Positions 38,460-46,403 of a DNA stretch of 64,000 nt are shown one piece after another (position 1 is the stretch's first letter; every line of letters begins with the position of its first letter). The DNA is from an uncultured Candidatus Saccharibacteria bacterium (GTDB lineage: Bacteria; Patescibacteriota; Minisyncoccia; Phycocordibacterales; UBA2100). The stretch is from contig CAZELA010000001.1 of assembly GCA_964512835.1 (NCBI GenBank), forward strand, positions 489,372 through 553,371, given 5' to 3'. Position numbers and translations under genes: made by a program. The notes beneath the pieces are model-generated. The model had not been told where the DNA came from and searched no databases. It was given only the letters and a program-made list of their open reading frames with translations.

Positions 38460-38894
38460 CTAGAGAGCGCCGATCTCACCGAGTTTTTCGGCAAGAGCGT
38501 CGGCCTGCTTCTCTATACGGGCTTTGTAGGTGTTCCAGCGTTCCGCATCCCAGATCTCGACTCGATCTGAAACTCCAGCAAAGACGACGTTCTTTTTCAA
38601 ACCTGCAAACTGTGTCTGATGTGCAGGTATGAGAACGCGTCCGGCAGCGTCGACCTCGACCTCTGCGGCACCGGAAAGAATGAAGCGGTTGAATCCTCGT
38701 GTATCAGCTTGCGCGAACGAGAGGTCCTGCAGTTTTGCCGCCACCTTCTCCCAGTCCTTGCGTGAGTACACGAACAAACAGTTATCGAGTCCGCGCGTCA
38801 TCACGACCTTTTTGCCGAGACCTGTGCGAAAGGACTTCGGAAGCGAAATGCGCTTCTTTTCATCCAGACTGTGTTCGTACTCGCCGATATACAT
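38460..38894 (-). CDS. mraZ: transcriptional regulator MraZ
   Basis: 144 aa with tandem SpoVT/AbrB-like repeats, beginning MYIGEYEHSLDEKKRISLPKSFR. Confidence 0.85.
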   Translation of the reverse strand: MYIGEYEHSLDEKKRISLPKSFRTGLGKKVVMTRGLDNCLFVYSRKDWEKVAAKLQDLSFAQADTRGFNRFILSGAAEVEVDAAGRVLIPAHQTQFAGLKKNVVFAGVSDRVEIWDAERWNTYKARIEKQADALAEKLGEIGAL

Positions 38895-39034
38895 AGGGTT
38901 TCAATCACTCATTCCGTGGATCGGACCGAAATGTCCTTTTCCCACTTTTTCCCACTGAATAAGAGTATATACCACTATACCCCACCCCATCACAGTTATC
39001 CACACGAACAAAAACTGCTCGCGCGTAATCAAAA

Positions 39035-39059
39035 AGCCCCGGAATCCGGGGCTTTTATC
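39035..39059. terminator. bidirectional intrinsic terminator
   Basis: aaaaagccccgg-aat-ccggggcttttt. Confidence 0.55.
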
Positions 39060-39073
39060 AGTGAACAGAAGGA

Positions 39074-39637
39074 TCACGATTCGACGAACAAATCGGTCTT
39101 GAGCATGAACTTTACACCGCTCTCGACGGCCAGTCCCTCGTGCGGAACTGTGTGTCGGAAGAGGTACGCGTCGCCCGGCGCAAGCTGATCACTCAGATGA
39201 ATGCCGCGAAACAATGTTTCGCCGCCGGCGTAACCGCTGTTCAGACATACGAGCACGCTGTACCTCGCGACCGAGCCGTTCGGGCCGTCGAAATCATCGT
39301 CGGTGTGCTCGGGCACGGCGCCTGTTCCGCCGGCAAGACGGTAGACGCGCATCATCTCGTCGATTGCGATCGGACGATCCGGAGCAATGGCTACGGCGTC
39401 GACCTTGCCGAGAATCTTGAGCGCGACAAGCGGCAATCGGACGTCTTTGCGGGCCTTGATTCCGTGCCCTTCATCGTCGTGATGCGTTCGCGCACCACTG
39501 TGTGCACACAGCATCGCGCACTCATTCGGCGACAGCACGGAACGCAGCACATGTACGCTACTCATGACGGATACGGCAGCCTTGCGACGGATCGGCAGAA
39601 TAACAACACCCATTGCAACCTCCCTATGAATCAGCAC
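39074..39637 (-). CDS. 2OG-Fe(II) oxygenase (prolyl-hydroxylase/PKHD-like)
   Basis: HTDDD...H triad (VPEHTDDDFDG ... TVPHEG) in a jelly-roll context. Confidence 0.5.
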   Translation of the reverse strand: MLIHREVAMGVVILPIRRKAAVSVMSSVHVLRSVLSPNECAMLCAHSGARTHHDDEGHGIKARKDVRLPLVALKILGKVDAVAIAPDRPIAIDEMMRVYRLAGGTGAVPEHTDDDFDGPNGSVARYSVLVCLNSGYAGGETLFRGIHLSDQLAPGDAYLFRHTVPHEGLAVESGVKFMLKTDLFVES

Positions 39638-39672
39638 CTACCATGCCACAGCTTGGATATGTGAGCAAAACG

Positions 39673-40296
39673 TTACTTGAGTTCAAACCCGAACAGGCGC
39701 TCGAGCGCATTGAGCGATCCGGGCACCACATTGAAAATGATCGGCAGCGCAAAGAGAACGTACGCTGTGTGAATGGATACGAACGCGACCCCGATTCCGA
39801 TAAGCGTAAAGAGCGGCGTGATCATCTGACGGATCTTTGCCTGCTTGATGAGTCGAGACGATACCTCGGTGGTATCGATTTCGTCGGAGGAGAGCGCGTA
39901 ATTGAAGATAACCACATTCAGGACGCCGATCAGGAACACATTGACCCCGTACACCGCAACCGCAAGCGGAATGTCCCGATAGATGTCGAGCACTCGTGCG
40001 GAAAACGGAATAAGCGAGATGAGCGCGAGATACGTGAGGTTCAGGATCACGAGTACGCGGTTAATATTTTTTGCAAAAACAGAATACAAAAAATTGTGAC
40101 CGATCCAGAACATGGTAAGCACGACGAAACTCAGAAAGAATTCCTCAAGCGTCGGGACGAGCTCTATCAGCGCTCGCGCAAGTGATGCCGATGTCTTGAT
40201 CGCTTCGGTATCCGGGATCTTTACATCAAACACGAGCAGCGTGAGCACGATTGCAAAAAGGCCGTCGGATAGATTTTCGAGCCGGGTTTTGTTCAT
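39673..40296 (-). CDS. DUF1211/TMEM175-family membrane protein (putative K+ channel-like)
   Basis: The N-terminal RLENLSDGLFAIVLTLLVFD signature is duplicated in the second half of the protein. Confidence 0.6.
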   Translation of the reverse strand: MNKTRLENLSDGLFAIVLTLLVFDVKIPDTEAIKTSASLARALIELVPTLEEFFLSFVVLTMFWIGHNFLYSVFAKNINRVLVILNLTYLALISLIPFSARVLDIYRDIPLAVAVYGVNVFLIGVLNVVIFNYALSSDEIDTTEVSSRLIKQAKIRQMITPLFTLIGIGVAFVSIHTAYVLFALPIIFNVVPGSLNALERLFGFELK

Positions 40297-40340
40297 AGCG
40301 GATATACTAGCAAATTTTCATGTATGTGGGTCATATGCAG

Positions 40341-40606
40341 TTTATTTGTGGGTCACCGATAATTTCCTCGCCGCCGCTCGGAAATTTCTCTGACCACGGC
40401 TCGCCCGTTTTGCGTGCTCGCAAAACATGGCTCCGCCCGTCCACAAACCGAAAAAGTCTGCCGCAGGGCAGTTTTTATTTGTGGGTCACAGATAATTTCC
40501 TCGCCGCCGCTCGGAAATTTCTCTGACCACGGCTCGCCCGTTTTGCGTGCTCGCAAAACATGGCTCCGCCCGTCCACAAACCGAAAAAGTCTGCCGCAGG
40601 GCAGAC
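40341..40606. repeat. tRNA-trailer structured repeat element, 2 tandem copies (Ala-GGC locus)
   Basis: Units at 40341..40471 and 40472..40606 are about 97% identical. Each ends with the terminator hairpin gtctgccgcagggcagac plus a T-run. Confidence 0.8.
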
Positions 40607-40619
40607 TTCTTCGTGTTTG

Positions 40620-40692
40620 TGGACCATACCGGAATCGAACCGGTCACCTCTTCCATGCCATGGAAGCGCTCTACCAAATGAGCTAATGGCCC
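40620..40692 (-). tRNA. tRNA-Ala (GGC)
   Basis: Manual fold: G3:U70 identity pair, anticodon loop ATGGCAT, T-loop TTCGATT. Confidence 0.85.
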
Positions 40693-40729
40693 GTAACGCG
40701 GACCATCGTATCAAAAAGTATCGCGAATG

Positions 40730-41230
40730 CTAAATCGCCTGGGGGTCTGTTATCGCCGGCGGATGTGAAAGGCACTGTTTCAGAGCGTCGGATTCGGTCC
40801 AGCCGCACTTTCCGCTCGCCTGAATTTCGCACGTCGCCTCGCGATAGCATGCATACTCCGGTCGAAACTCGCAGGTAGAAACACCGCCGCCGTTCGCGGC
40901 CTCTTCGGCCGAAATACAGAGCTGCATCGAACAGCCGGACACGGCACAGCCGTTCGCCACACTACCCGTTTGCGGCGGCGGCATGTGCGATACCGTTTGT
41001 GCATCATTGGTGAATGTGCGGCCGTCAGGGGTTGCGCACTGTTCCGGAGACGATTCCATGATGGGATAGCCGGCACTCTTACATTCCTCAAACGTGGAGA
41101 TGGCGTACATCTTTTGCTGCTTGGCAATGTTTGAAAGCGAGAGCATAAGCCCCGCGATAAGCGCGAGCACGACCGCGAGACCTAGGAGCATGGGAATACT
41201 TGTCTGCTTGCGCGGAGTATCGTTATCCAT
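40730..41230 (-). CDS. Cys-rich secreted hypothetical protein
   Basis: Signal/TM anchor followed by 14 Cys residues in about 120 aa. Confidence 0.45.
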   Translation of the reverse strand: MDNDTPRKQTSIPMLLGLAVVLALIAGLMLSLSNIAKQQKMYAISTFEECKSAGYPIMESSPEQCATPDGRTFTNDAQTVSHMPPPQTGSVANGCAVSGCSMQLCISAEEAANGGGVSTCEFRPEYACYREATCEIQASGKCGWTESDALKQCLSHPPAITDPQAI

Positions 41231-41352
41231 ATACGTATTGTATCAGACGTAGTTTTTTGGAGCTTCTTTCCGAAGCCGCTATAATCCCGCGTACGCACCA
41301 TGACTTCCCCCGTCGGAGGACACGGCGCGACCCATCTCCGGATGGAGAGTAC

Positions 41353-41426
41353 GCACCTTTAGCTCAGTTGGTTAGAGCGTTCGATTCACATTCGAAAGGC
41401 CTCAGGTTCGAATCCTGAAAGGTGCA
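41353..41426 (+). tRNA. tRNA-Val (CAC)
   Basis: Acceptor GCACCTT/AAGGTGC, anticodon loop TTCACAT. Confidence 0.85.
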
Positions 41427-41570
41427 CAGAAAACCTGCCCTGCGGCATGCTTTCCGGCCGGCGCAGGCAGGAGCGCTGTGAGCCCGGCAGGGCGAACCGC
41501 GTGGCGGGGTCGCGAACATTATTGAGCGGCGGCAAGATAATTATTCGTGACCACTCGATGTTTTCCTGCT
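41427..41570. repeat. degenerate copy of the tRNA-trailer element (Val locus, inverted relative to the tRNA)
   Basis: A degenerate terminator cctgccctgcggcat is followed by attattgagcggcggcaagataattatt-cgtgaccactcg-atgttttcc, matching the hairpin2 / tgaccacgg / gttttgc order of the plus-orientation Ala copies. Confidence 0.4.
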
Positions 41571-41683
41571 AGGATACGTGGCGATGAGATTTTTTGTCGG
41601 GCTCGTCGAGCCGGCAAGCTTCTCTGGAATCTTTTTGCCGGGCTGTCCGGCTTGCACATTGCAGATCAGTAAAGTCTTTTAGC

Positions 41684-41757
41684 CGGGCTGTAGTATACCG
41701 GTAGTACGCACGCTTCGGGTGCGTGTAGACTGGGTTCGATTCCCAGCAGCCCGACCA
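41684..41757 (+). tRNA. tRNA-Pro (CGG)
   Basis: Acceptor CGGGCTG/CAGCCCG, anticodon loop TTCGGGT; CCA is encoded. Confidence 0.85.
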
Positions 41758-41894
41758 AAAGACTGTACTGTAGTGCGTGTAGACGGGTCGTGCGGCGCTA
41801 CGCGCGCTCGCGCCTCACCCTGCAACTCGACACGAAAGATTCCTGAGGCCCGACAAAAGATCTCATCGATAATGCGGGCTGTAGTATACCGGTA

Positions 41895-41968
41895 GTACGC
41901 ATGGCTGGGGGTCATGTAGACCGGGTTCGATCCCCGGCAGCCCGACCATAATCCTCCGAAACGTACGC
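41895..41968 (+). tRNA. tRNA-Pro (GGG)
   Basis: Near-duplicate of the upstream tRNA-Pro with anticodon stem-loop CATGG-CTGGGGG-TCATG; CCA is encoded. Confidence 0.85.
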
Positions 41969-42132
41969 CGGGAATCTCCGGGTTCGAGTCACGCATCATT
42001 CGCTGCTGCGAATGTGCGCGACCCCGACTCGCGCCGCCGCGCTCCGTCTCTTGCGCCCTTCCCGAGCCAGGGCGCAAGCCCGGCAGCCCGACAATTTGAC
42101 TAACCGCCAATAGTGTGGCTATATAGCGCTCT

Positions 42133-42615
42133 ATGGTTATCGTACCCATATGGATGCGCGTGATTCTCGCCGCCGGCATCTGCTTCGCCTCCGGCGCTAT
42201 TGCCGCGCTGTATATGACCAGTCAGTCGCTTGGCTACTTTGGATCGCTTGATCGTCCCCTCCTGTTTGCAATGCCGATACCGGTCATCTTTTTTGCACTG
42301 GTTGTTACCTACGCAATCATTTCGATCGCATCGGCACTCATGTGGATCCACGATCCGCGCCCGTGGGATTTTCGCGGCTGGGTTCCGTTGTTTTTTACAC
42401 ACCTGCTTGTACAGGTGGGATGGCTCATACTCCTATTCGCATACAACGTCGTATTTGTCGCGATGCTGATGGCCTTCGTACTCGCGACCTATGTTTTTAT
42501 ATTGACGGCAGCGGCGTGGGAGCGCAGCAAGATCGCGTTTTGGCTTTTGCTCGTATATCTCGCATGGACGCTCTACGCGCTCGGCATGAACATCGCCGTC
42601 TGGGGAGTTAACTAG
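42133..42615 (+). CDS. TspO/MBR family membrane protein (second paralog)
   Basis: 160 aa with 5 TM helices; Trp-rich motifs (LMWIHDPRPWDFRGWVPLFF, AWTLYA). Confidence 0.55.
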   Translation: MVIVPIWMRVILAAGICFASGAIAALYMTSQSLGYFGSLDRPLLFAMPIPVIFFALVVTYAIISIASALMWIHDPRPWDFRGWVPLFFTHLLVQVGWLILLFAYNVVFVAMLMAFVLATYVFILTAAAWERSKIAFWLLLVYLAWTLYALGMNIAVWGVN

Positions 42616-42616
42616 C

Positions 42617-42846
42617 ATTGTGGGCCACAAATATTTTAGTCGCCGTCGCGACTAAAATTTTCTGACCACGGCGCGCCCGTCCACAAACCGAAACAGTCTG
42701 CCGCAGGGCAGGTTTTTATTTGTGGGTCACCGATAATTTCCTCGCCGCCGCTCGGAAATTTCTCTGACCACGGCTCGCCCGTTTTGCGTGCTCGCAAAAC
42801 ATGGCTCCGCCCGTCCACAAACCGAAAAAGTCTGCCGCAGGGCAGA
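42617..42846. repeat. tRNA-trailer structured repeat element, 1 degenerate + 1 full copy (Ala-CGC locus)
   Basis: The 42712..42846 copy is about 98% identical to 40472..40606. The 42617..42711 copy keeps the outer motifs but replaces the central hairpin with ttttagtcgc-cgtc-gcgactaaaa. Confidence 0.8.
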
Positions 42847-42860
42847 CTTTTTCGTGTTTG

Positions 42861-42931
42861 TGGACCTATCGAGAATCGAACTCGAGACTGTGCAATGCGA
42901 ATGCACCGGTATACCACTTACCTATAGGCCC
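42861..42931 (-). tRNA. tRNA-Ala (CGC)
   Basis: G3:U70 identity pair, anticodon loop TTCGCAT. Confidence 0.85.
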
Positions 42932-43010
42932 ATCGACGTGAAAATATACCACTCTCCGATCGAAACAAAAAGCGTAACAACAAAAACCTCCGCTTTCGCG
43001 GAGGTGTTTG

Positions 43011-43478
43011 TTATTTAATGTTGACAATCTTGTACTTCTGCTGACCTTTCGGGGTCTCGAACGAGAACGTGTCTCCCTTTTTCTTTTCCATCAGTGCGCT
43101 GCCAAGCGGTGAGAGGTGCGAGATCTTTCGCTCCTGCATGTTTGCTTCTGCGGAACCGACGATCTCATAGGTGTGTTCGTCTTTCTCTCCCTGCTTCTGG
43201 ATCGTAACGAACGATCCGAGGGAAACGGTATTGCCCTTCGTGTGCTCGATAATCCGTGCGTGAGAGAGCTGTTCCTCGATAACGCGGATGCGGTCTTCGG
43301 TCGCAGCCTGAAGGTTGCGCGCCTCTTCATACTCCGCATTTTCAGACAGATCCCCGAGTGAACGCGCGTATTCCAACTGCTCCGCAATCTCCCGACGGCG
43401 GATGGTCTTCAAGTGCTCCAACTCTCCGGTCAATTCGTCGAACTTCTCCTTGCTCAAGTAGTTTGTTTCTTCTGCCAT
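43011..43478 (-). CDS. greA: transcription elongation factor GreA
   Basis: 155 aa with an N-terminal coiled coil and a C-terminal FKBP-like domain (GDTFSFETPKG). Confidence 0.85.
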   Translation of the reverse strand: MAEETNYLSKEKFDELTGELEHLKTIRRREIAEQLEYARSLGDLSENAEYEEARNLQAATEDRIRVIEEQLSHARIIEHTKGNTVSLGSFVTIQKQGEKDEHTYEIVGSAEANMQERKISHLSPLGSALMEKKKGDTFSFETPKGQQKYKIVNIK

Positions 43479-43540
43479 ATTTGGGTTGCGCGCATTATAC
43501 AGGAGAACCTCAGGGCGACAATGTGGGAAACTTTTGCCGT

Positions 43541-45316
43541 CTACCGCACGTATTCGGGATGATGCTCCATTAGCCAGTAAAAGAACGGCTGCAGGCCCGG
43601 GGCGGCGCCCGAGGCAGTGTGCGCCGGCGCTTTTTCGAGCACCACTGCGTAGGCATATTTCGGGTCATCAGCAGGCCAGAAACCGACCGACCACGAATTC
43701 ATGTATTCGTTATGCGAGCCAAGTTGTGCGGTACCTGTTTTTGCAGAGATCTGTATGCCGGCAATATTCAGCGCTTTGACGGTGGCGTCGGGCCGGTCAG
43801 ATATAACAGCCATACGCATACCTTCGCGGGCCACTTTGAAATACGACTGCGCAATATCGAGCTCTCGGAACTCGGGCGTTGATGACGCTATGAGCTGCGG
43901 CTTCAGTAACTTTCCGCCGTTGGCTATCGCGGCCGTAAACCGCACAGCCTGCAACGGTGTGATCTGGAATCCGAACTGACCGATGGACGTATGGTACGTG
44001 TTGCCGAGTCGCCACGGATCATTCGCACCGAATACTTTTTCTTTCCATTCGGGCGTCGGAATGATGCCCTCTACCTCCCCCTTCAGATCAATGCCCGTCT
44101 TTTCCGCCATACCGAAGAGCCGTGCATACTGATCGATCTTTGATATCCCGAGACCTTTTTGTCCCCCGAATCCGCCCCCGATCGTGTAAAAGTATTCGTC
44201 CGAGGATACGGCGATCGCCGTGCGCATATCGACCCAGCCGTGCACCGTCCAGTCGCGATAGATCGACGGCTGATCCGGATTGTACGGATTCGGAATCACG
44301 ATCTTGCCGGTCGAGAGGATGCCTTTGTCCGGAGAAATGATCCCTTCCTGCAGCGCGGCGATGGCAAATACAGGCTTCACGATCGAACCGGGAGTATAGA
44401 GGCCGCCGACCGCGCGATTGAGCATGGGGGCACGCGCGCTTTGCGACGCAATGCGCACGGTATCTTTATCTCCGTCAGTGAATGCTTGGTTGTCGTACTC
44501 CGGAAAACTGGTAATCGCCAGCAGCTCTCCCGTTCTGACGTCCATAATGACCGCCGCGCCGCCTTTAAAACCCATCGTCTCTGCATGCTTCGAGAGTATC
44601 TGATTCAGCTGACTCGTTACGTCAGCATCGACGGACAGGTGCATGTCCTCGCCGTGGAGAGCCGGAGAAACAATGTTTTCGCGCTCGATGGTCCCGAGCG
44701 CATCGGCTTCGATCATGCGGCTGCCGTTCACGCCGGCGAGTCGCGAATCGTATGCAAGTTCGATACCGGAAACACCGGAATATTCCTCGCGCCACCACTC
44801 TCCCTTGGCGTCCGCTTTCGGATACTGCACAAATCCCAGCAGGTGCGACATTCCCGGACGCGACGTGTATTTTCGGAACGCGTAGGTCGCACCCTCTTCC
44901 ACATCGGTAATCGGACTCGTCGAGGCATTGGTTGCGGATATGCCGTCGCGGATCGACTCGGTCGTGGTTGAAACGTCGAGCGAGGCTTCATTCCACGCGA
45001 GTTCGCGGCCCGCGCGATCGTATACGATGCCGCGGGTTGCAAAAATGACCGAGCGCGACAGCGTGTTGTTGACTGAAATATTTTCGTAGGTCGCGCCCTG
45101 TGCGATCTGCAATGAGAACGCACGGTATCCGAATACAAGGGACACGAGCATGAATACCGCGCCGACCGCGAAGATTGCCCGGTTTGCCACCGGTCGTTCT
45201 ACCCTGCCCTCAAAGGAGGCTGCATTGAAATCCGGAAGGTTCGTCGAATCCAAAAATATCTCTTCGGGCGCTATCTCATGGATCTCGCGCAGTTTCTTTC
45301 GTCGTCGGCCGAACAT
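43541..45316 (-). CDS. mrdA: penicillin-binding protein 2 (elongasome transpeptidase)
   Basis: Class B PBP with SxxK (GSIVKP) and KTG (AKTGTAQ) motifs, lying upstream of mreDCB. Confidence 0.75.
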   Translation of the reverse strand: MFGRRRKKLREIHEIAPEEIFLDSTNLPDFNAASFEGRVERPVANRAIFAVGAVFMLVSLVFGYRAFSLQIAQGATYENISVNNTLSRSVIFATRGIVYDRAGRELAWNEASLDVSTTTESIRDGISATNASTSPITDVEEGATYAFRKYTSRPGMSHLLGFVQYPKADAKGEWWREEYSGVSGIELAYDSRLAGVNGSRMIEADALGTIERENIVSPALHGEDMHLSVDADVTSQLNQILSKHAETMGFKGGAAVIMDVRTGELLAITSFPEYDNQAFTDGDKDTVRIASQSARAPMLNRAVGGLYTPGSIVKPVFAIAALQEGIISPDKGILSTGKIVIPNPYNPDQPSIYRDWTVHGWVDMRTAIAVSSDEYFYTIGGGFGGQKGLGISKIDQYARLFGMAEKTGIDLKGEVEGIIPTPEWKEKVFGANDPWRLGNTYHTSIGQFGFQITPLQAVRFTAAIANGGKLLKPQLIASSTPEFRELDIAQSYFKVAREGMRMAVISDRPDATVKALNIAGIQISAKTGTAQLGSHNEYMNSWSVGFWPADDPKYAYAVVLEKAPAHTASGAAPGLQPFFYWLMEHHPEYVR

Positions 45317-45351
45317 GTACCTACTATACGCGCAAAATGAGCGGCTTCAAT

Positions 45352-45606
45352 TCATGAAAGAAATTCCATGCGAAGCGGTTCAAAACCCCAGACGATAACA
45401 AGCGATACGATGGTGCAGAGCGGGAACATCGTCCACAACGTGTCGTGCGGTAGCCACAGGAGATCAAGCATTGCTCCCAGCACAACCGCTTCGATCGCGC
45501 GGTATCTGATTGAAAGCACGACGATACACACGGCAGTCACCCAGGGAGACAAAAAAACCGCCCCGATAAGGCCGATGACCGAGACGAGCGAGCGGAACAG
45601 GATCAT
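45352..45606 (-). CDS. mreD: rod shape-determining protein MreD (short)
   Basis: 84-aa polytopic membrane protein in the canonical position after mreC. Confidence 0.5.
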   Translation of the reverse strand: MILFRSLVSVIGLIGAVFLSPWVTAVCIVVLSIRYRAIEAVVLGAMLDLLWLPHDTLWTMFPLCTIVSLVIVWGFEPLRMEFLS

Positions 45607-46400
45607 GGTGACGGTATGATGTATACGAAACGCATCGTTGAAAGATTTACCGGCAGGACGATGTACACCTTTTGCTCCGCGGTCGTCGATATCTCTTCGA
45701 CCCTGCCGACCATACCGACGGGATGCCCGCCGAGTACCGGCGATGTGACCGTGTCACCGACTTTGATATCGATACCGCGGGGCACGGACACGCGCGCATT
45801 GCCCCCTCCTTCGCCTACCGCTGATGCCGCGGCATTTCCGACGACGATATCGACGGTTGCGCCTGCCTGAAATGCGGCCTTTACCAGCGTGCGCGACTGT
45901 CCAACATCGGCAACACGTCCGACAACGTATCCGGTTTCGCTGAGCACCAGATCGCCCGGCGCAATCGCGTCATTGACGCTCGCGGCGACGGCAAAAGTTC
46001 CGTACGGCGACGCATGATAGGAAGAAACGACCGGCGCAGTCACACCCGGAGCTGATTCGGTAAAGTGCACCATTGAACGGAGTGTTTCGTTCTCTTGCCG
46101 GAGCGCATCGTACGCTGCCGCGCGCTCACGAACACTCGTGAGTTCCTGCGTGAGTCGTACATTCTCGGCTGCAAGCGTACTGTTGCGCGCAAATACACCG
46201 CTTCCCGTGACGGAGGCACCCGCACGGTGAACACCAGTCCAGATCTGCGATGCGACGCTTCGCACAAAATTACGGAACGGACCGCCAAGCAATGCATCAA
46301 GTCCGAATATAAGAACGATGAGTATCGAGGCGAACAGCAGTCGGCTGCGCTCGCGCGGTGCACCGTACAATCTGCGATGCGAAAGATCCTGCCGCACCAT
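45603..46400 (-). CDS. mreC: rod shape-determining protein MreC
   Basis: N-terminal TM, coiled coil and two beta-barrel domains (GDLVLSETGYVVGRV...GDTVTSPVLGGHPVGMVGRV). Confidence 0.75.
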   Translation of the reverse strand: MVRQDLSHRRLYGAPRERSRLLFASILIVLIFGLDALLGGPFRNFVRSVASQIWTGVHRAGASVTGSGVFARNSTLAAENVRLTQELTSVRERAAAYDALRQENETLRSMVHFTESAPGVTAPVVSSYHASPYGTFAVAASVNDAIAPGDLVLSETGYVVGRVADVGQSRTLVKAAFQAGATVDIVVGNAAASAVGEGGGNARVSVPRGIDIKVGDTVTSPVLGGHPVGMVGRVEEISTTAEQKVYIVLPVNLSTMRFVYIIPSP

Positions 46401-46403
46401 AGG

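Noticed and set aside
37427-38494. Long N-terminal extension of rsmH overlapping mraZ by 35 bp
   Set aside because: The upstream-extended ORF start is implausible. The conserved RsmH N-terminus begins near HRTVLLHEAVEYL, so an internal start (about 38383) was used.
40320-40686. ORFs 40320..40526, 40414..40686, 40353..40577, 40486..40677 and 42636..42917 / 42788..43018
   Set aside because: They lie entirely within the tRNA-trailer repeat units and the tRNA gene. Their near-identical peptides are a by-product of the DNA repeats.
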